Part shown: positions 10,776 to 19,113 of the stretch, in pieces
How positions within the stretch are numbered: position 1 is the first letter of the stretch
Layout of the letters: each line of letters begins with the position of its first letter
Assembly (NCBI GenBank): GCA_025455765.1
Contig: JALOLX010000002.1
Coordinates: 1-30,702 of the forward strand
DNA from: Flavobacteriales bacterium
GTDB lineage: Bacteria > Bacteroidota > Bacteroidia > Flavobacteriales_F > PHOS-HE28
Direction: 5' to 3'
Length of the DNA stretch: 30,702 nucleotides
Notes under the pieces: model-generated
Database searches by the model: none
Told to the model about the DNA's origin: nothing
The model's input: the letters and a program-made list of their open reading frames with translations, nothing else
Translations under genes and position numbers: made by a program

Positions 10776-11507
10776 ATGGAACTGCTGCTCTTGTCCAACT
10801 CCACCCTTCCCGGTGAAGCCTTCTTCCACTGGCCACAAGCCCACGTTCAAGCTTTCCTTGCCGGGCGCACCAGGCTCGGCTTCGTGCCGCTGGCCGCAAT
10901 GCCCGCACAACAGCCTGCCTACGTGGACAAGGTGCGTGCGGTGTTCGATGCCATGGGTGTTGAGCTCGTTCCTCTGTTGAACGATGGCAATGCTGGCAAG
11001 GCGCTCGATACCTGCGATGCGGTGGCCGTTGGTGGCGGCAACAGCTTCCACCTGTTGCGTGAGCTGTACAAGAGCGGACTCGTGCGCAGCATCACGGCGA
11101 AGGTGCGCGCAGGCATGCCCTACGTGGGCTGGAGCGCCGGGAGCAATGTGGCCTGTCCCACCATCATGACCACCAATGACATGCCGGTGGTGGAGCCGCC
11201 TTCGTTGCGGGCCATGCACCTGATCCCGTTCCAGATCAACCCGCACTACACGGAGGCCACCATTGCTGGACATGGCGGGGAAACGCGCGATCAACGCTTG
11301 GCGGAATTCCTTGAGGCCAACCAACAGATACCCGTGGTGGGGCTGCGGGAAGGCTCATTGCTCCAGGTGAGCGGCCAGCGCATCACGCTGAAGGGACGTG
11401 ATATGAAGCTCTTCCGCCATGGCCAGGAAGCGCTCGTGGTGCCCGATGGTTCGTCCTTCCGCAGCGACCTTTCCGACCTTGGCCATCCACGTCCGGCCGG
11501 TGCCTGA
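10776..11507 (+). CDS. pepE: Dipeptidase E (peptidase S51)
   Basis: MELLLLSNST start, VGGGNSFHLL, GWSAGSN (catalytic Ser), IPFQINPHY, GETRDQRLAEF. The upstream part of ORF 10590 overlaps the previous gene. Confidence 0.93.
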   Translation: MELLLLSNSTLPGEAFFHWPQAHVQAFLAGRTRLGFVPLAAMPAQQPAYVDKVRAVFDAMGVELVPLLNDGNAGKALDTCDAVAVGGGNSFHLLRELYKSGLVRSITAKVRAGMPYVGWSAGSNVACPTIMTTNDMPVVEPPSLRAMHLIPFQINPHYTEATIAGHGGETRDQRLAEFLEANQQIPVVGLREGSLLQVSGQRITLKGRDMKLFRHGQEALVVPDGSSFRSDLSDLGHPRPAGA

Positions 11508-11560
11508 GCACAGCGTGGACCCCCCTCGCTCATCGCACCAACACGTCGCATCGGTCCACT

Positions 11561-12622
11561 ATGAAGAAGGTCAACAAACGCTCAGGAAAACGCGGGTTGC
11601 CGCCGGGATCCCTGGTGCATGTGGGCGAACCCGCCAGTGAGCGCTCCTCGATCCTGGTGTTCCGCTACAATGCCGAACGTTATGAGGAACTGCGCCCTGC
11701 CGACCTGAAGGGACTTGGCGCCGCACCTCCGGAGAACATGGTGCTCTGGCTGGACATCGATGGACTCACGTCGGATGAACTGCTCATGCAGGCCGGTGAT
11801 CTCTTCGGCCTCCACCCTCTGTTGCTCGAGGACGTGCTCAACACCGACCATCGGCCCAAGGTGGAGGAATACCAGAACGAGCTCTTCGTGGTGATGAAAA
11901 TGCTCAGCCTGGATGCGGAGACCGGCAGCATCCGTTCGGAGCAGATCTGCTTTGTGTTGCGGCCAGGGATGGTCATCTCGTTCCAAGAGCGCCCTGGCGA
12001 CATCCTGGAACCCATCCGCGAACGCATTCGAAAGGACCTCGGCCGCGTGCGCCGTTCGGGGGCGGATTACCTGCTCTACACTTTGCTCGATGTCATTGTG
12101 GACCACTACTTCGTGGTCGTCGAAGACCTGGGGCAACGCATCGAACAGCTGGAACGCAAGGTGCTCGTGCGTCCGGGCAACGAGGACCTCGCCACCATCC
12201 AGGAGCTGCGCAGCATGCTGATCATGGTGAACCGCTACGTGACACCCACGCGCGAACTCGCCGGACGCCTCAACACCATCCAAAGTCCCCTCATCGAAAA
12301 GGCCACACGCCGCTACATCACCGATCTGCAGGACCATGCGGTGTACATCGCCGAGACCATCGGCACCTTCCGCGAACTGCTCAGCAGTCTGGAGAACGCC
12401 TACCACGCCGGGCAGAACATGCGCATGGGTCAGGTGATGAAGTTCCTCACCATCATCAGCACCATCTTCATCCCCCTCACCTTCCTGGTGGGGGTGTACG
12501 GCATGAACTTCAAGCACATGCCCGAACTGGAATGGCATTATGGCTACTTCGCGGTCTGGGGGCTGATGATCCTGGTGGCCCTGATCATGCTGCAATGGTT
12601 CCGCCGGAAACGCTGGTTGTGA
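11561..12622 (+). CDS. corA: Magnesium/cobalt transporter CorA
   Basis: GLPPGSLVHVGE, HPLLLEDVLNTDHRPKVEEY, and the signature YGMNF...MPEL between two TM helices. Confidence 0.96.
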   Translation: MKKVNKRSGKRGLPPGSLVHVGEPASERSSILVFRYNAERYEELRPADLKGLGAAPPENMVLWLDIDGLTSDELLMQAGDLFGLHPLLLEDVLNTDHRPKVEEYQNELFVVMKMLSLDAETGSIRSEQICFVLRPGMVISFQERPGDILEPIRERIRKDLGRVRRSGADYLLYTLLDVIVDHYFVVVEDLGQRIEQLERKVLVRPGNEDLATIQELRSMLIMVNRYVTPTRELAGRLNTIQSPLIEKATRRYITDLQDHAVYIAETIGTFRELLSSLENAYHAGQNMRMGQVMKFLTIISTIFIPLTFLVGVYGMNFKHMPELEWHYGYFAVWGLMILVALIMLQWFRRKRWL

Positions 12623-12662
12623 GCACCTGCGCATTCCCCTGCGCAGCGATCGTTCAACCCGC

Positions 12663-12670
12663 TACTTTTG
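12663..12670 (+). promoter_or_regulatory. Candidate Bacteroidota sigma-A -7 element (TAnnTTTG) upstream of speA
   Basis: Exact match TACTTTTG in the corA-speA spacer. No clear -33 element identified. Confidence 0.5.
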
Positions 12671-12911
12671 CCCCCGACAGACCGTCATGCGCGCACTCCT
12701 TTCCGCCCACCCCTTGGCTCCATGCCCTGCCTGCGCCCGCTGCAGCATGGCGCCTGTGCGCCCTCCTTTCCGCTGATGGTACCGCGCGCCCTCCCCGTGT
12801 ACCGGCAGTATGCCACCTACGCGCAAGGGCCGTCCCGTTCGTCCGATCCACATACGCCGCCCGTCCTTCCGCATAGGCCGTGCTGCCGCATTCCTACCCG
12901 CTGAACGAAGC

Positions 12912-14303
12912 ATGAAGACCCGCTACATCGACCTGATCGAGCAGACCTTTGACTTCCCCAAGGACGAGTTCAAGCTGGAAGGTGAGAACCTGGTGTGGAA
13001 CGACCTCCCCCTGGTGGAACTGCTGGAAAAGCACGGCTCCCCCCTGCGGATCACCTACCTGCCCAAGATCGGCGAGAAGATCGATCTGGCCCGTGCCAGC
13101 TTCGCCAAGGCCATCAAGGAGCATGATTACAACGGCACCTACGAATACTTCTACTGCACCAAGAGCAACCACTTCAGCTACGTCATCGATCAAGTGCTGA
13201 AGAAGGGCGTGAATCTGGAGACCAGCAGCGCCTACGATCTGGAGATGATCGAGCTGCTCATTGAACGTGGCCGCATCACCAAGGATGCCACCATCCTCTG
13301 CAACGGCTTCAAGGATGAACGCTACATCCAAGGCATCGGAAAGCTCGCCAACAAGGGCTTCAACGTAGTGCCGATCATCGACAATATGGCCGAGATCTAT
13401 GCGCTGGACGAGGTCATCGAGGGCAACTGCGACATCGGTATCCGCATCGCTGCGGAAGAAGCACCGAAGTTCGAATTCTACACCAGCCGCTTGGGGATCG
13501 GCTACAAGGACATCATCCCGTTCTATATGCGCAACATCAGCAAGCAGAAGAAATTCCGCCTGAAGCTGATGCACTTCTTCATCAATACCGGTATCACCGA
13601 CACCGCCTACTACTGGAACGAGCTCAGCAAGTGCGTGAACGTGTACTGCGACCTCTGGAAGCTCTGCCGCACGCTTGACACGTTGGACATCGGCGGTGGT
13701 CTGCCCATCAAGAACAGCCTCAACTTCAGCTTCGACCTAGACTACATGATCGGGGAGATCGTAGGGCGCATCAAGGACGTTTGCGAGGAGAACAAGGTGC
13801 AGGAGCCGCACATCTTCAGCGAATTCGGGAGCTTCACTGTCAGCGACAGCGGTGCCACCTTCTTCAGTGTGCTCTATCAGAAGAAGCAGAACGAAAAGGA
13901 ACGCTGGAACATGATCGATGGCTCGTTCATGACCACCCTGCCCGATACGTGGGCCATCAGCAAACGCTTCATCATGCTTCCTGTGAACAACTGGGAGGAT
14001 GAGTACGAACGCGTGTTCCTGGGGGGCATGACCTGCGACAGCGACGACTACTACAACAGCGAACAGCACATCAACGCCATCTACCTGCCCAAGTACCGCG
14101 AGGACCGCAAGCAGTACATCGGCTACTTCAACACCGGCGCCTACCAGGATACACTGGGCGGCTTCGGCGGCATCCAGCATTGCCTCATCCCCAAGCCCAA
14201 GCACGTACTGATCGACCGTGACGCGGACGGCAACCTGGTGGACCGTGTGTTCGCCGAACGCCAGACCGCTGAGCGCATGCTGCAGTTGCTGGGTTACCTC
14301 TGA
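12912..14303 (+). CDS. speA: Arginine decarboxylase (Bacteroidota type, PLP fold III)
   Basis: MKTRYIDLIEQTFDFP start, YCTKSNHF (PLP Lys), LDIGGG, TCDSDDYY, TGAYQ. Confidence 0.88.
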   Translation: MKTRYIDLIEQTFDFPKDEFKLEGENLVWNDLPLVELLEKHGSPLRITYLPKIGEKIDLARASFAKAIKEHDYNGTYEYFYCTKSNHFSYVIDQVLKKGVNLETSSAYDLEMIELLIERGRITKDATILCNGFKDERYIQGIGKLANKGFNVVPIIDNMAEIYALDEVIEGNCDIGIRIAAEEAPKFEFYTSRLGIGYKDIIPFYMRNISKQKKFRLKLMHFFINTGITDTAYYWNELSKCVNVYCDLWKLCRTLDTLDIGGGLPIKNSLNFSFDLDYMIGEIVGRIKDVCEENKVQEPHIFSEFGSFTVSDSGATFFSVLYQKKQNEKERWNMIDGSFMTTLPDTWAISKRFIMLPVNNWEDEYERVFLGGMTCDSDDYYNSEQHINAIYLPKYREDRKQYIGYFNTGAYQDTLGGFGGIQHCLIPKPKHVLIDRDADGNLVDRVFAERQTAERMLQLLGYL

Positions 14304-14394
14304 GCCCCTGCTCCACCGGTCCTCTTCATTTCCCCGGCCCACAGTTCTTCGGCAATTCAGAACAGGCGTCTATATTTCGCCCCGCATACGACCA

Positions 14395-15372
14395 ATGAGC
14401 AGCAACCGTCCCCTCTCGGCCTTCATGGAAAAGCACTACCTGCACTTCAATGCAGCAGCGCTCGTGGATGCCGCCAAAGGCTACAAGGCCCACCTGGCCC
14501 AAGGCCGCAAGATGATGATCACCCTCGCCGGTGCCATGAGCACGGCCGAACTGGGCAAGATCCTGGCAGAAATGATCCGTCAGGGCAAGGTGGACATCAT
14601 CAGCTGCACCGGCGCCAACCTGGAGGAGGACGTGATGAACCTGGTGGCGCACGACCATTACGAGCGCATCCCCAACTACCGCGACCTGACCCCGGCCCAG
14701 GAGCGCGACCTGCTGGACCGCGGCATGAACCGTGTGACCGACACCTGCATTCCCGAGCACGAAGCCTTCCGCCGCCTTGAGAAGCACGTCCTCGACCTGT
14801 GGACCGCCGATGATAAGAGCGGCAAGCGGCGCTTCCCCCACGAGTACTTCTACGAAATGATCCGCAGCGGCGTGCTGCAACAGTACTACCAGATCGACCC
14901 GAAGGACAGCTGGATGGTGGCCGCCGCCGAGCGCAACCTGCCCATCATCTGCCCCGGTTGGGAGGACAGCACCCTGGGCAACATCTTCGCCGGCCACTGC
15001 ATCACCGGGGACTGCAAGCCCTCCATGATGAAGAGCGGCATCGAGTACATGATGTTCCTGGCCGAGTGGTACACCAACAATTGCGGGCCCGATGGCATCG
15101 GCTTCTTCCAGATCGGAGGGGGCATTGCCGGCGACTTCCCCATCTGCGTGGTGCCCATGCTCCACCAGGACCTCCAGCGCGAGAGCATCCCCTTCTGGAG
15201 CTACTTCTGCCAGATCAGCGACAGCACCACCAGCTATGGCAGCTATAGCGGTGCCGTGCCGAATGAAAAGATCACCTGGGGAAAACTCGACATCCACACC
15301 CCCAAGTACATCATCGAAAGCGATGCTACTATTGTGGCGCCGCTCATCTTCGCCTACGTCCTGGACATGTGA
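14395..15372 (+). CDS. Deoxyhypusine synthase family protein (probable homospermidine-forming enzyme)
   Basis: TLAGAMSTAELG, TGANLEED, IGGGIAGDF, SYSGAVPNEKITWGK with the DHS catalytic Lys position retained. Confidence 0.9.
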   Translation: MSSNRPLSAFMEKHYLHFNAAALVDAAKGYKAHLAQGRKMMITLAGAMSTAELGKILAEMIRQGKVDIISCTGANLEEDVMNLVAHDHYERIPNYRDLTPAQERDLLDRGMNRVTDTCIPEHEAFRRLEKHVLDLWTADDKSGKRRFPHEYFYEMIRSGVLQQYYQIDPKDSWMVAAAERNLPIICPGWEDSTLGNIFAGHCITGDCKPSMMKSGIEYMMFLAEWYTNNCGPDGIGFFQIGGGIAGDFPICVVPMLHQDLQRESIPFWSYFCQISDSTTSYGSYSGAVPNEKITWGKLDIHTPKYIIESDATIVAPLIFAYVLDM

Positions 15373-15384
15373 GCCGCTCACCCC

Positions 15385-15783
15385 ATGCAACGCCTGATCC
15401 GATCCTTCAACACGCTGACCGACGCGCTTAAGGAAACCCTCCAGGAGCAATACCCGGATGGGATCGATAGCACGCACATCAAATCCATCCCCACCGCCAA
15501 GGGAGAGATCCTGCGCGTGATCGAACTACGCACACCCGACGCCCTCTACCTCATCAAGATCAATCCCGAAAGCCGGGCCGAGATCGACGAGTTCCTCGAT
15601 CAGGAGGAAAGCACGCCGGCCGGTGAGGACATGGAAGGCGGTGATGACCTGGGTGGCGGCGATGAAGCCGAGACCGAGGAGGAGTCGGATGACGACGGCG
15701 GTGCCGACGAGGATGATGGTGATGACGACGACGGCGATGCCGATGCCGGGGATGATGATGGCGGTGACGATGACGAGGACTGA
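15385..15783 (+). CDS. Small protein with a folded N-terminal domain and an extremely acidic D/E/G tail
   Basis: Clean 132-aa ORF 12 nt after the DHS stop. The last ~60 aa are dominated by Asp, Glu and Gly. Confidence 0.8.
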   Translation: MQRLIRSFNTLTDALKETLQEQYPDGIDSTHIKSIPTAKGEILRVIELRTPDALYLIKINPESRAEIDEFLDQEESTPAGEDMEGGDDLGGGDEAETEEESDDDGGADEDDGDDDDGDADAGDDDGGDDDED

Positions 15784-15810
15784 ACCAACCGCACCCGTTC
15801 GATAACTCCC

Positions 15811-15849
15811 GAAGGCCCCGGCGCAGCACGTCGGGGCCTTCGCTATTTT
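15811..15849 (+). terminator. Intrinsic terminator
   Basis: GAAGGCCCCG(GCG) / (CGT)CGGGGCCTTC stem followed by GCTATTTT. Confidence 0.75.
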
Positions 15850-15870
15850 GGTGGCATACACACCACCGCC

Positions 15871-16287
15871 ATGAACGGCACCTTCCACCTCGCATTCGCC
15901 ACCACCGACCTCAAGCGGATCAAGGCCTTCTACGGTAAGTTCCTCGGCTTCAAAGAGGGCCGCAGCGCCGACACCTGGGTGGATTACGACTTCTTCGGCC
16001 ATCAGCTCACCATCCAGGAGGTGCCCAAGCTGATCAAGACCGCCCGCATCTACAATCCCAAGAGCAACGTGCCCAGTGACCATTGGGGCATTGTGCTGGG
16101 CATGGCCGATTGGAAGAAGTTGCGGGACAAACTGAACAAGGTGGGGCACCCCTTCTTCATAGAGCCGCGTACCGTAATGAAGGGTGAGGTGGGTGAGCAG
16201 GTGAGCCTCTTCATCGAGGATCCCGACGGGCACGCCATCGAGTTCAAGGCCTTCCCCGAGCCGGAGAACATCTTCAAGAAGGGATGA
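15871..16287 (+). CDS. VOC (glyoxalase/extradiol dioxygenase-like) family protein
   Basis: FHLAF...FYGKFLG..EGRS..WVDYDFFGHQL, HWGIVL, FIEDPDGHAIEFKAF. Confidence 0.88.
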   Translation: MNGTFHLAFATTDLKRIKAFYGKFLGFKEGRSADTWVDYDFFGHQLTIQEVPKLIKTARIYNPKSNVPSDHWGIVLGMADWKKLRDKLNKVGHPFFIEPRTVMKGEVGEQVSLFIEDPDGHAIEFKAFPEPENIFKKG

Positions 16288-16344
16288 CAGCGGGCCGCGT
16301 TACGTTCTGGTGAGCAGCGCATTCCAGCTTCAAACCCGAACCCC

Positions 16345-16542
16345 ATGAAGACCCGCACTGCGCTCCTGTTCGTCCTGGCCGGTTACACGGTGATCACCAC
16401 CGGCGGCCTGTTCAAGATCATGCATTGGCCAAGCGCCAACATGCAATTGCTCATTGGTGCCACGGTCCAAGCGGTGGGGCTGCTGGCCTTGCTGGGCCAG
16501 GTGATGCGCCACCACTCGCTGCGGGCGCTACTGGACAAATAG
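16345..16542 (+). CDS. 65-aa two-helix membrane protein resembling the GldL/PorL N-terminal domain
   Basis: GGLFKIMHWPSANMQLLIG matches the GldL/PorL GALFKIxHWPG..ML..G motif. Two hydrophobic segments. Confidence 0.75.
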   Translation: MKTRTALLFVLAGYTVITTGGLFKIMHWPSANMQLLIGATVQAVGLLALLGQVMRHHSLRALLDK

Positions 16543-16549
16543 GTGCCGG

Positions 16550-16945
16550 TCAGTAGGTGCGCATGGCCACCAGGCCACCCTGCTCGTCGTAGCGCTCACC
16601 GGTGCGCAGTTCGCCTTCGGAGTGCCCCAAGCGGCCCAGCACCACATTGGTATGACTGCGGAACTCCCAGGTGCCTTGCCGCTCGCCTTTGCTGAAACGC
16701 GCTTGGGCCAGGAGCACACCCGTGTCGCTGTATTGCTTCCACACCCCATCGCGACGGCCATGGAGGAACCCGCCCATCTCGTGTACCCGACCGTTCTCGT
16801 AGTACGTGATGAAATGGATGCGCCCCGCCTCTTCGTACCGGGTGGACTTCAACGTACCATCGGGCCAATGCTCCTGTGATAGCAGGGTCTGGGCCGACGC
16901 CCATGTGCCTGAGACCAGGGCCAGAAGAAGGAGGATGGTGCGCAT
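16550..16945 (-). CDS. Secreted MORN-variant repeat protein (YwqK-like)
   Basis: Signal peptide MRTILLLLALVSGTWASAQ and repeats YYENGRVHEMG..LHGRRDGVWKQY / GERQGTWEF. Start placed at ATG 16945 rather than 16996. Confidence 0.8.
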   Translation of the reverse strand: MRTILLLLALVSGTWASAQTLLSQEHWPDGTLKSTRYEEAGRIHFITYYENGRVHEMGGFLHGRRDGVWKQYSDTGVLLAQARFSKGERQGTWEFRSHTNVVLGRLGHSEGELRTGERYDEQGGLVAMRTY

Positions 16946-16975
16946 GGTGGAACAGTTGTACATCCTTGATACGTC

Positions 16976-16983
16976 CAAAGATA
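16976..16983 (-). promoter_or_regulatory. Candidate -7 promoter element for the MORN-variant gene
   Basis: Reads TATCTTTG on the minus strand (TAnnTTTG), about 30 nt upstream of ATG 16945. Confidence 0.6.
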
Positions 16984-17073
16984 GCACAATGTTCACCCCG
17001 AGTTAACATGGATCTAACATTGGAAAATGGACCGTGGGGTGTGAACAACCCCAGGACCCGCCACTCAACAAGA

Positions 17074-17901
17074 TCAGAACGACAACCGCCCCTGCTGTTC
17101 CATGGCCAGGCGTAGCTGCCCGACCTCCTTGCGCAGCTCCACCACGCTGCGCGCCAGGTCGTCGCGGCTCATGTTGGGCTCGGGCAGCTCTGCACTGATG
17201 AAGTGTACGAACTTCCAGATCTCCAGCACGCTGGTGACAGGCACTTCATAGGGCGCATAGAGCGGGTTGGTGCTGCACAGCAACAGGGTGCCCTTCTCCT
17301 TCAATTGGTTGTACACCACCTTGAAGACGATGCCTTCATCCTTGGTGACCACGATGTACGGCTGCCCGTCGCGGATGGTCTGCCAGTTCTGCACGTACTC
17401 ACCGGTGACCCAGGAGCCATCGCTCACCGGGGGCATGCTGTCTCCACTGATCTGGAAGGTGCGGTACTTGCGGTCCTTGGCCAGGAACGGCATCTGGAAG
17501 GTGGGCAGGATGCTGATATATTCCGGATCGGCGTAGCCCAGCGCGTAGCCGGCCTTGGCCTTCTCGGGCACCAGCTCCACGTTCTCGCGATCGTCCTTGT
17601 CCACCGTGGTGGCCAACACACGCAGACGCCGACCACTGAGGTCGATGTCGCCCCCGCGCTCCAGGATGCCGAGCTGGCTTTCGCTGAGGGCGGTGAGGTC
17701 GTCCTTGAGCAGCTTGTCGATGCTCACCTTGAAGTATTCGCTCATGCGCACGAGCAGGTCGAACGAAGGCTCGGCGCTGCCGTTCTCATAGCCGCTGTAG
17801 CTGGAGCGTTTGATGTCGAGGCCGGCTGCTACCTCTTCCTGTGAACGGCCGCGGCGTTGGCGCAGGAGCTTGATGTTGGAGCCGAAGAGCGGAGTTGCCA
17901 T
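17074..17901 (-). CDS. XRE-HTH + peptidase S24 repressor (cI-like / non-canonical Bacteroidota LexA)
   Basis: HTH (RSQEEVAAGLDIKRSSYSGYENG), AKAGY autocleavage-site motif, FQISGDSM (Ser) and IVFK (Lys) dyad. Lies near dinB. Confidence 0.9.
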   Translation of the reverse strand: MATPLFGSNIKLLRQRRGRSQEEVAAGLDIKRSSYSGYENGSAEPSFDLLVRMSEYFKVSIDKLLKDDLTALSESQLGILERGGDIDLSGRRLRVLATTVDKDDRENVELVPEKAKAGYALGYADPEYISILPTFQMPFLAKDRKYRTFQISGDSMPPVSDGSWVTGEYVQNWQTIRDGQPYIVVTKDEGIVFKVVYNQLKEKGTLLLCSTNPLYAPYEVPVTSVLEIWKFVHFISAELPEPNMSRDDLARSVVELRKEVGQLRLAMEQQGRLSF

Positions 17902-17956
17902 GGTGATGAGTGTCTTATGAGGATCGAACGACTGTCCTAATGCTGTTGGGCGATGG

Positions 17957-18526
17957 TCATGCCTCGCCGGGTTTGAAGCCGATGGGTTTGCGGTGCTGCT
18001 CGGCCGGTGAGACCAGTTCGGTGAGGTGGTCGAAGAGGGCCTGTATCTCCTCGTCGTGACCAGAGAGTCGACCTTCCAGTTCTTTCAGCTTCGCCACGAC
18101 ATCGCTGCTGGATAGGAGCACCTCGCGCATGCGGGCAAATACGCGGATGATGTGGATGCTCATGGCAATGGCCTGTTCGCTGCGGAGCACGTTGGCGAGC
18201 ATCAGAATACCGTGTTCGGTGAAGGCAAAGGGTGCGTATTTGGCATGCTCGCCCTGCTTTAAGGTCGCAAAATGCGACCTTAAAGCATGATCCTCCTCCA
18301 GCGTCAGTTCGAGCATGAAGTCCTCTGGGAACCGAGCGATGTTACGGCGCACCTGCTCTTTGAGGCGCTTGACCTCCACGCCGTAAAGTTCAGCCAGGTC
18401 ACGGTCCAACATCACCTTCTGTCCGCGGATATGATGGATACGGCCGGTGATCGCCGCATCGGGAGGGGCCACAGTGCTGTAGCGGGTGGGTGGCTCCTGG
18501 AGCAGGGTGTCCGTGGCGGTGTTCAT
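17957..18526 (-). CDS. ORF6N (KilA-N-like) DNA-binding protein, copy 3
   Basis: IRGQKVMLDRDLAELYGV...RNIARFPEDFMLELT...FTEHGILMLANVL, then a coiled coil and RKPIGF tail. Confidence 0.92.
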   Translation of the reverse strand: MNTATDTLLQEPPTRYSTVAPPDAAITGRIHHIRGQKVMLDRDLAELYGVEVKRLKEQVRRNIARFPEDFMLELTLEEDHALRSHFATLKQGEHAKYAPFAFTEHGILMLANVLRSEQAIAMSIHIIRVFARMREVLLSSSDVVAKLKELEGRLSGHDEEIQALFDHLTELVSPAEQHRKPIGFKPGEA

Positions 18527-18552
18527 GCTTCAGCGGGTTTGAAGCCGATGGG
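18494..18552. repeat. Junction repeat of the ORF6N array (second copy at about 19075-19134)
   Basis: CTCCTGGAGCAGGGTGTCCGTGGCGGTGTTCATGC is identical at 18494 and 19075. Each is followed after a short variable linker by GGGTTTGAAGCCGATGGG, which also occurs at 17970. Confidence 0.9.
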
Positions 18553-19107
18553 CTTACGCTGCTGTTCGGCCGGTGAGACCAGTTCGGTGAGGTGATCGAA
18601 GATGGCCTGGATCTCCTCGTCGTGCCCGGAAAGGCGGCCCTCCAGTTGCTCCAGCTTCTGGAGGATCTCGCGGTGCGAAAGGAGCACTTCCCTCATCCGG
18701 CTGAATACACGGATGATGTGGATATTGACCAGAATGGCCTGCTCGCTGTTGAGGACGCTGGAGAGCATGGCCACGCCTTGCTCGGTAAAGGCCATGGGAA
18801 GTACCCTGGAACCACCTCGCTCTGAGAGGATCTGCTCGTTTGAGGTGCCAAATTGGTACCTCAAAGCGGCCCACTCGGCAGAGGTCAGTTCGAACATGAA
18901 GTCCTCTGGAAAGCGGGTGATGTTCCTGCGCACCTGGCGCTTAAGGTGCTTGGTCTCCACGCCGTACAGTTCAGCGAGGTCGCGGTCCAGCATCACCTTC
19001 TGACCACGGATCGCATGGATACGGCCGGTGATGGATGCATCGGCAGGGGCCACAGCGCTGTAGCGGGCGGGTGACTCCTGGAGCAGGGTGTCCGTGGCGG
19101 TGTTCAT
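18523..19107 (-). CDS. ORF6N (KilA-N-like) DNA-binding protein, copy 2
   Basis: IRGQKVMLDRDLAELYGV...RNITRFPEDFMFELT...FTEQGVAMLSSVL...RKPIGF. Stop overlaps the start of copy 3 (ATGA). Confidence 0.92.
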   Translation of the reverse strand: MNTATDTLLQESPARYSAVAPADASITGRIHAIRGQKVMLDRDLAELYGVETKHLKRQVRRNITRFPEDFMFELTSAEWAALRYQFGTSNEQILSERGGSRVLPMAFTEQGVAMLSSVLNSEQAILVNIHIIRVFSRMREVLLSHREILQKLEQLEGRLSGHDEEIQAIFDHLTELVSPAEQQRKPIGFKPAEA

Positions 19108-19113
19108 GCCTGA

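Noticed and set aside
15640-15783. GAT/GAC microsatellite-like tract as a contingency locus
   Set aside because: It is an imperfect, in-frame, mixed-codon tract explained by the acidic tail, with no pure repeat unit.
16330-16339. CTTCAAACCC is the inverse of the GGGTTTGAAG in the ORF6N tails, suggesting an invertible segment
   Set aside because: It is only 10 bp, no recombinase is nearby, and the ORF6N copies are explained by the coding motif GFKP.
16345-16945. Toxin-antitoxin pair (mini membrane protein plus YwqK-like protein)
   Set aside because: The genes are convergent, and the MORN-variant protein has a signal peptide. The YwqK antitoxin label is commonly transferred to such repeats without evidence.
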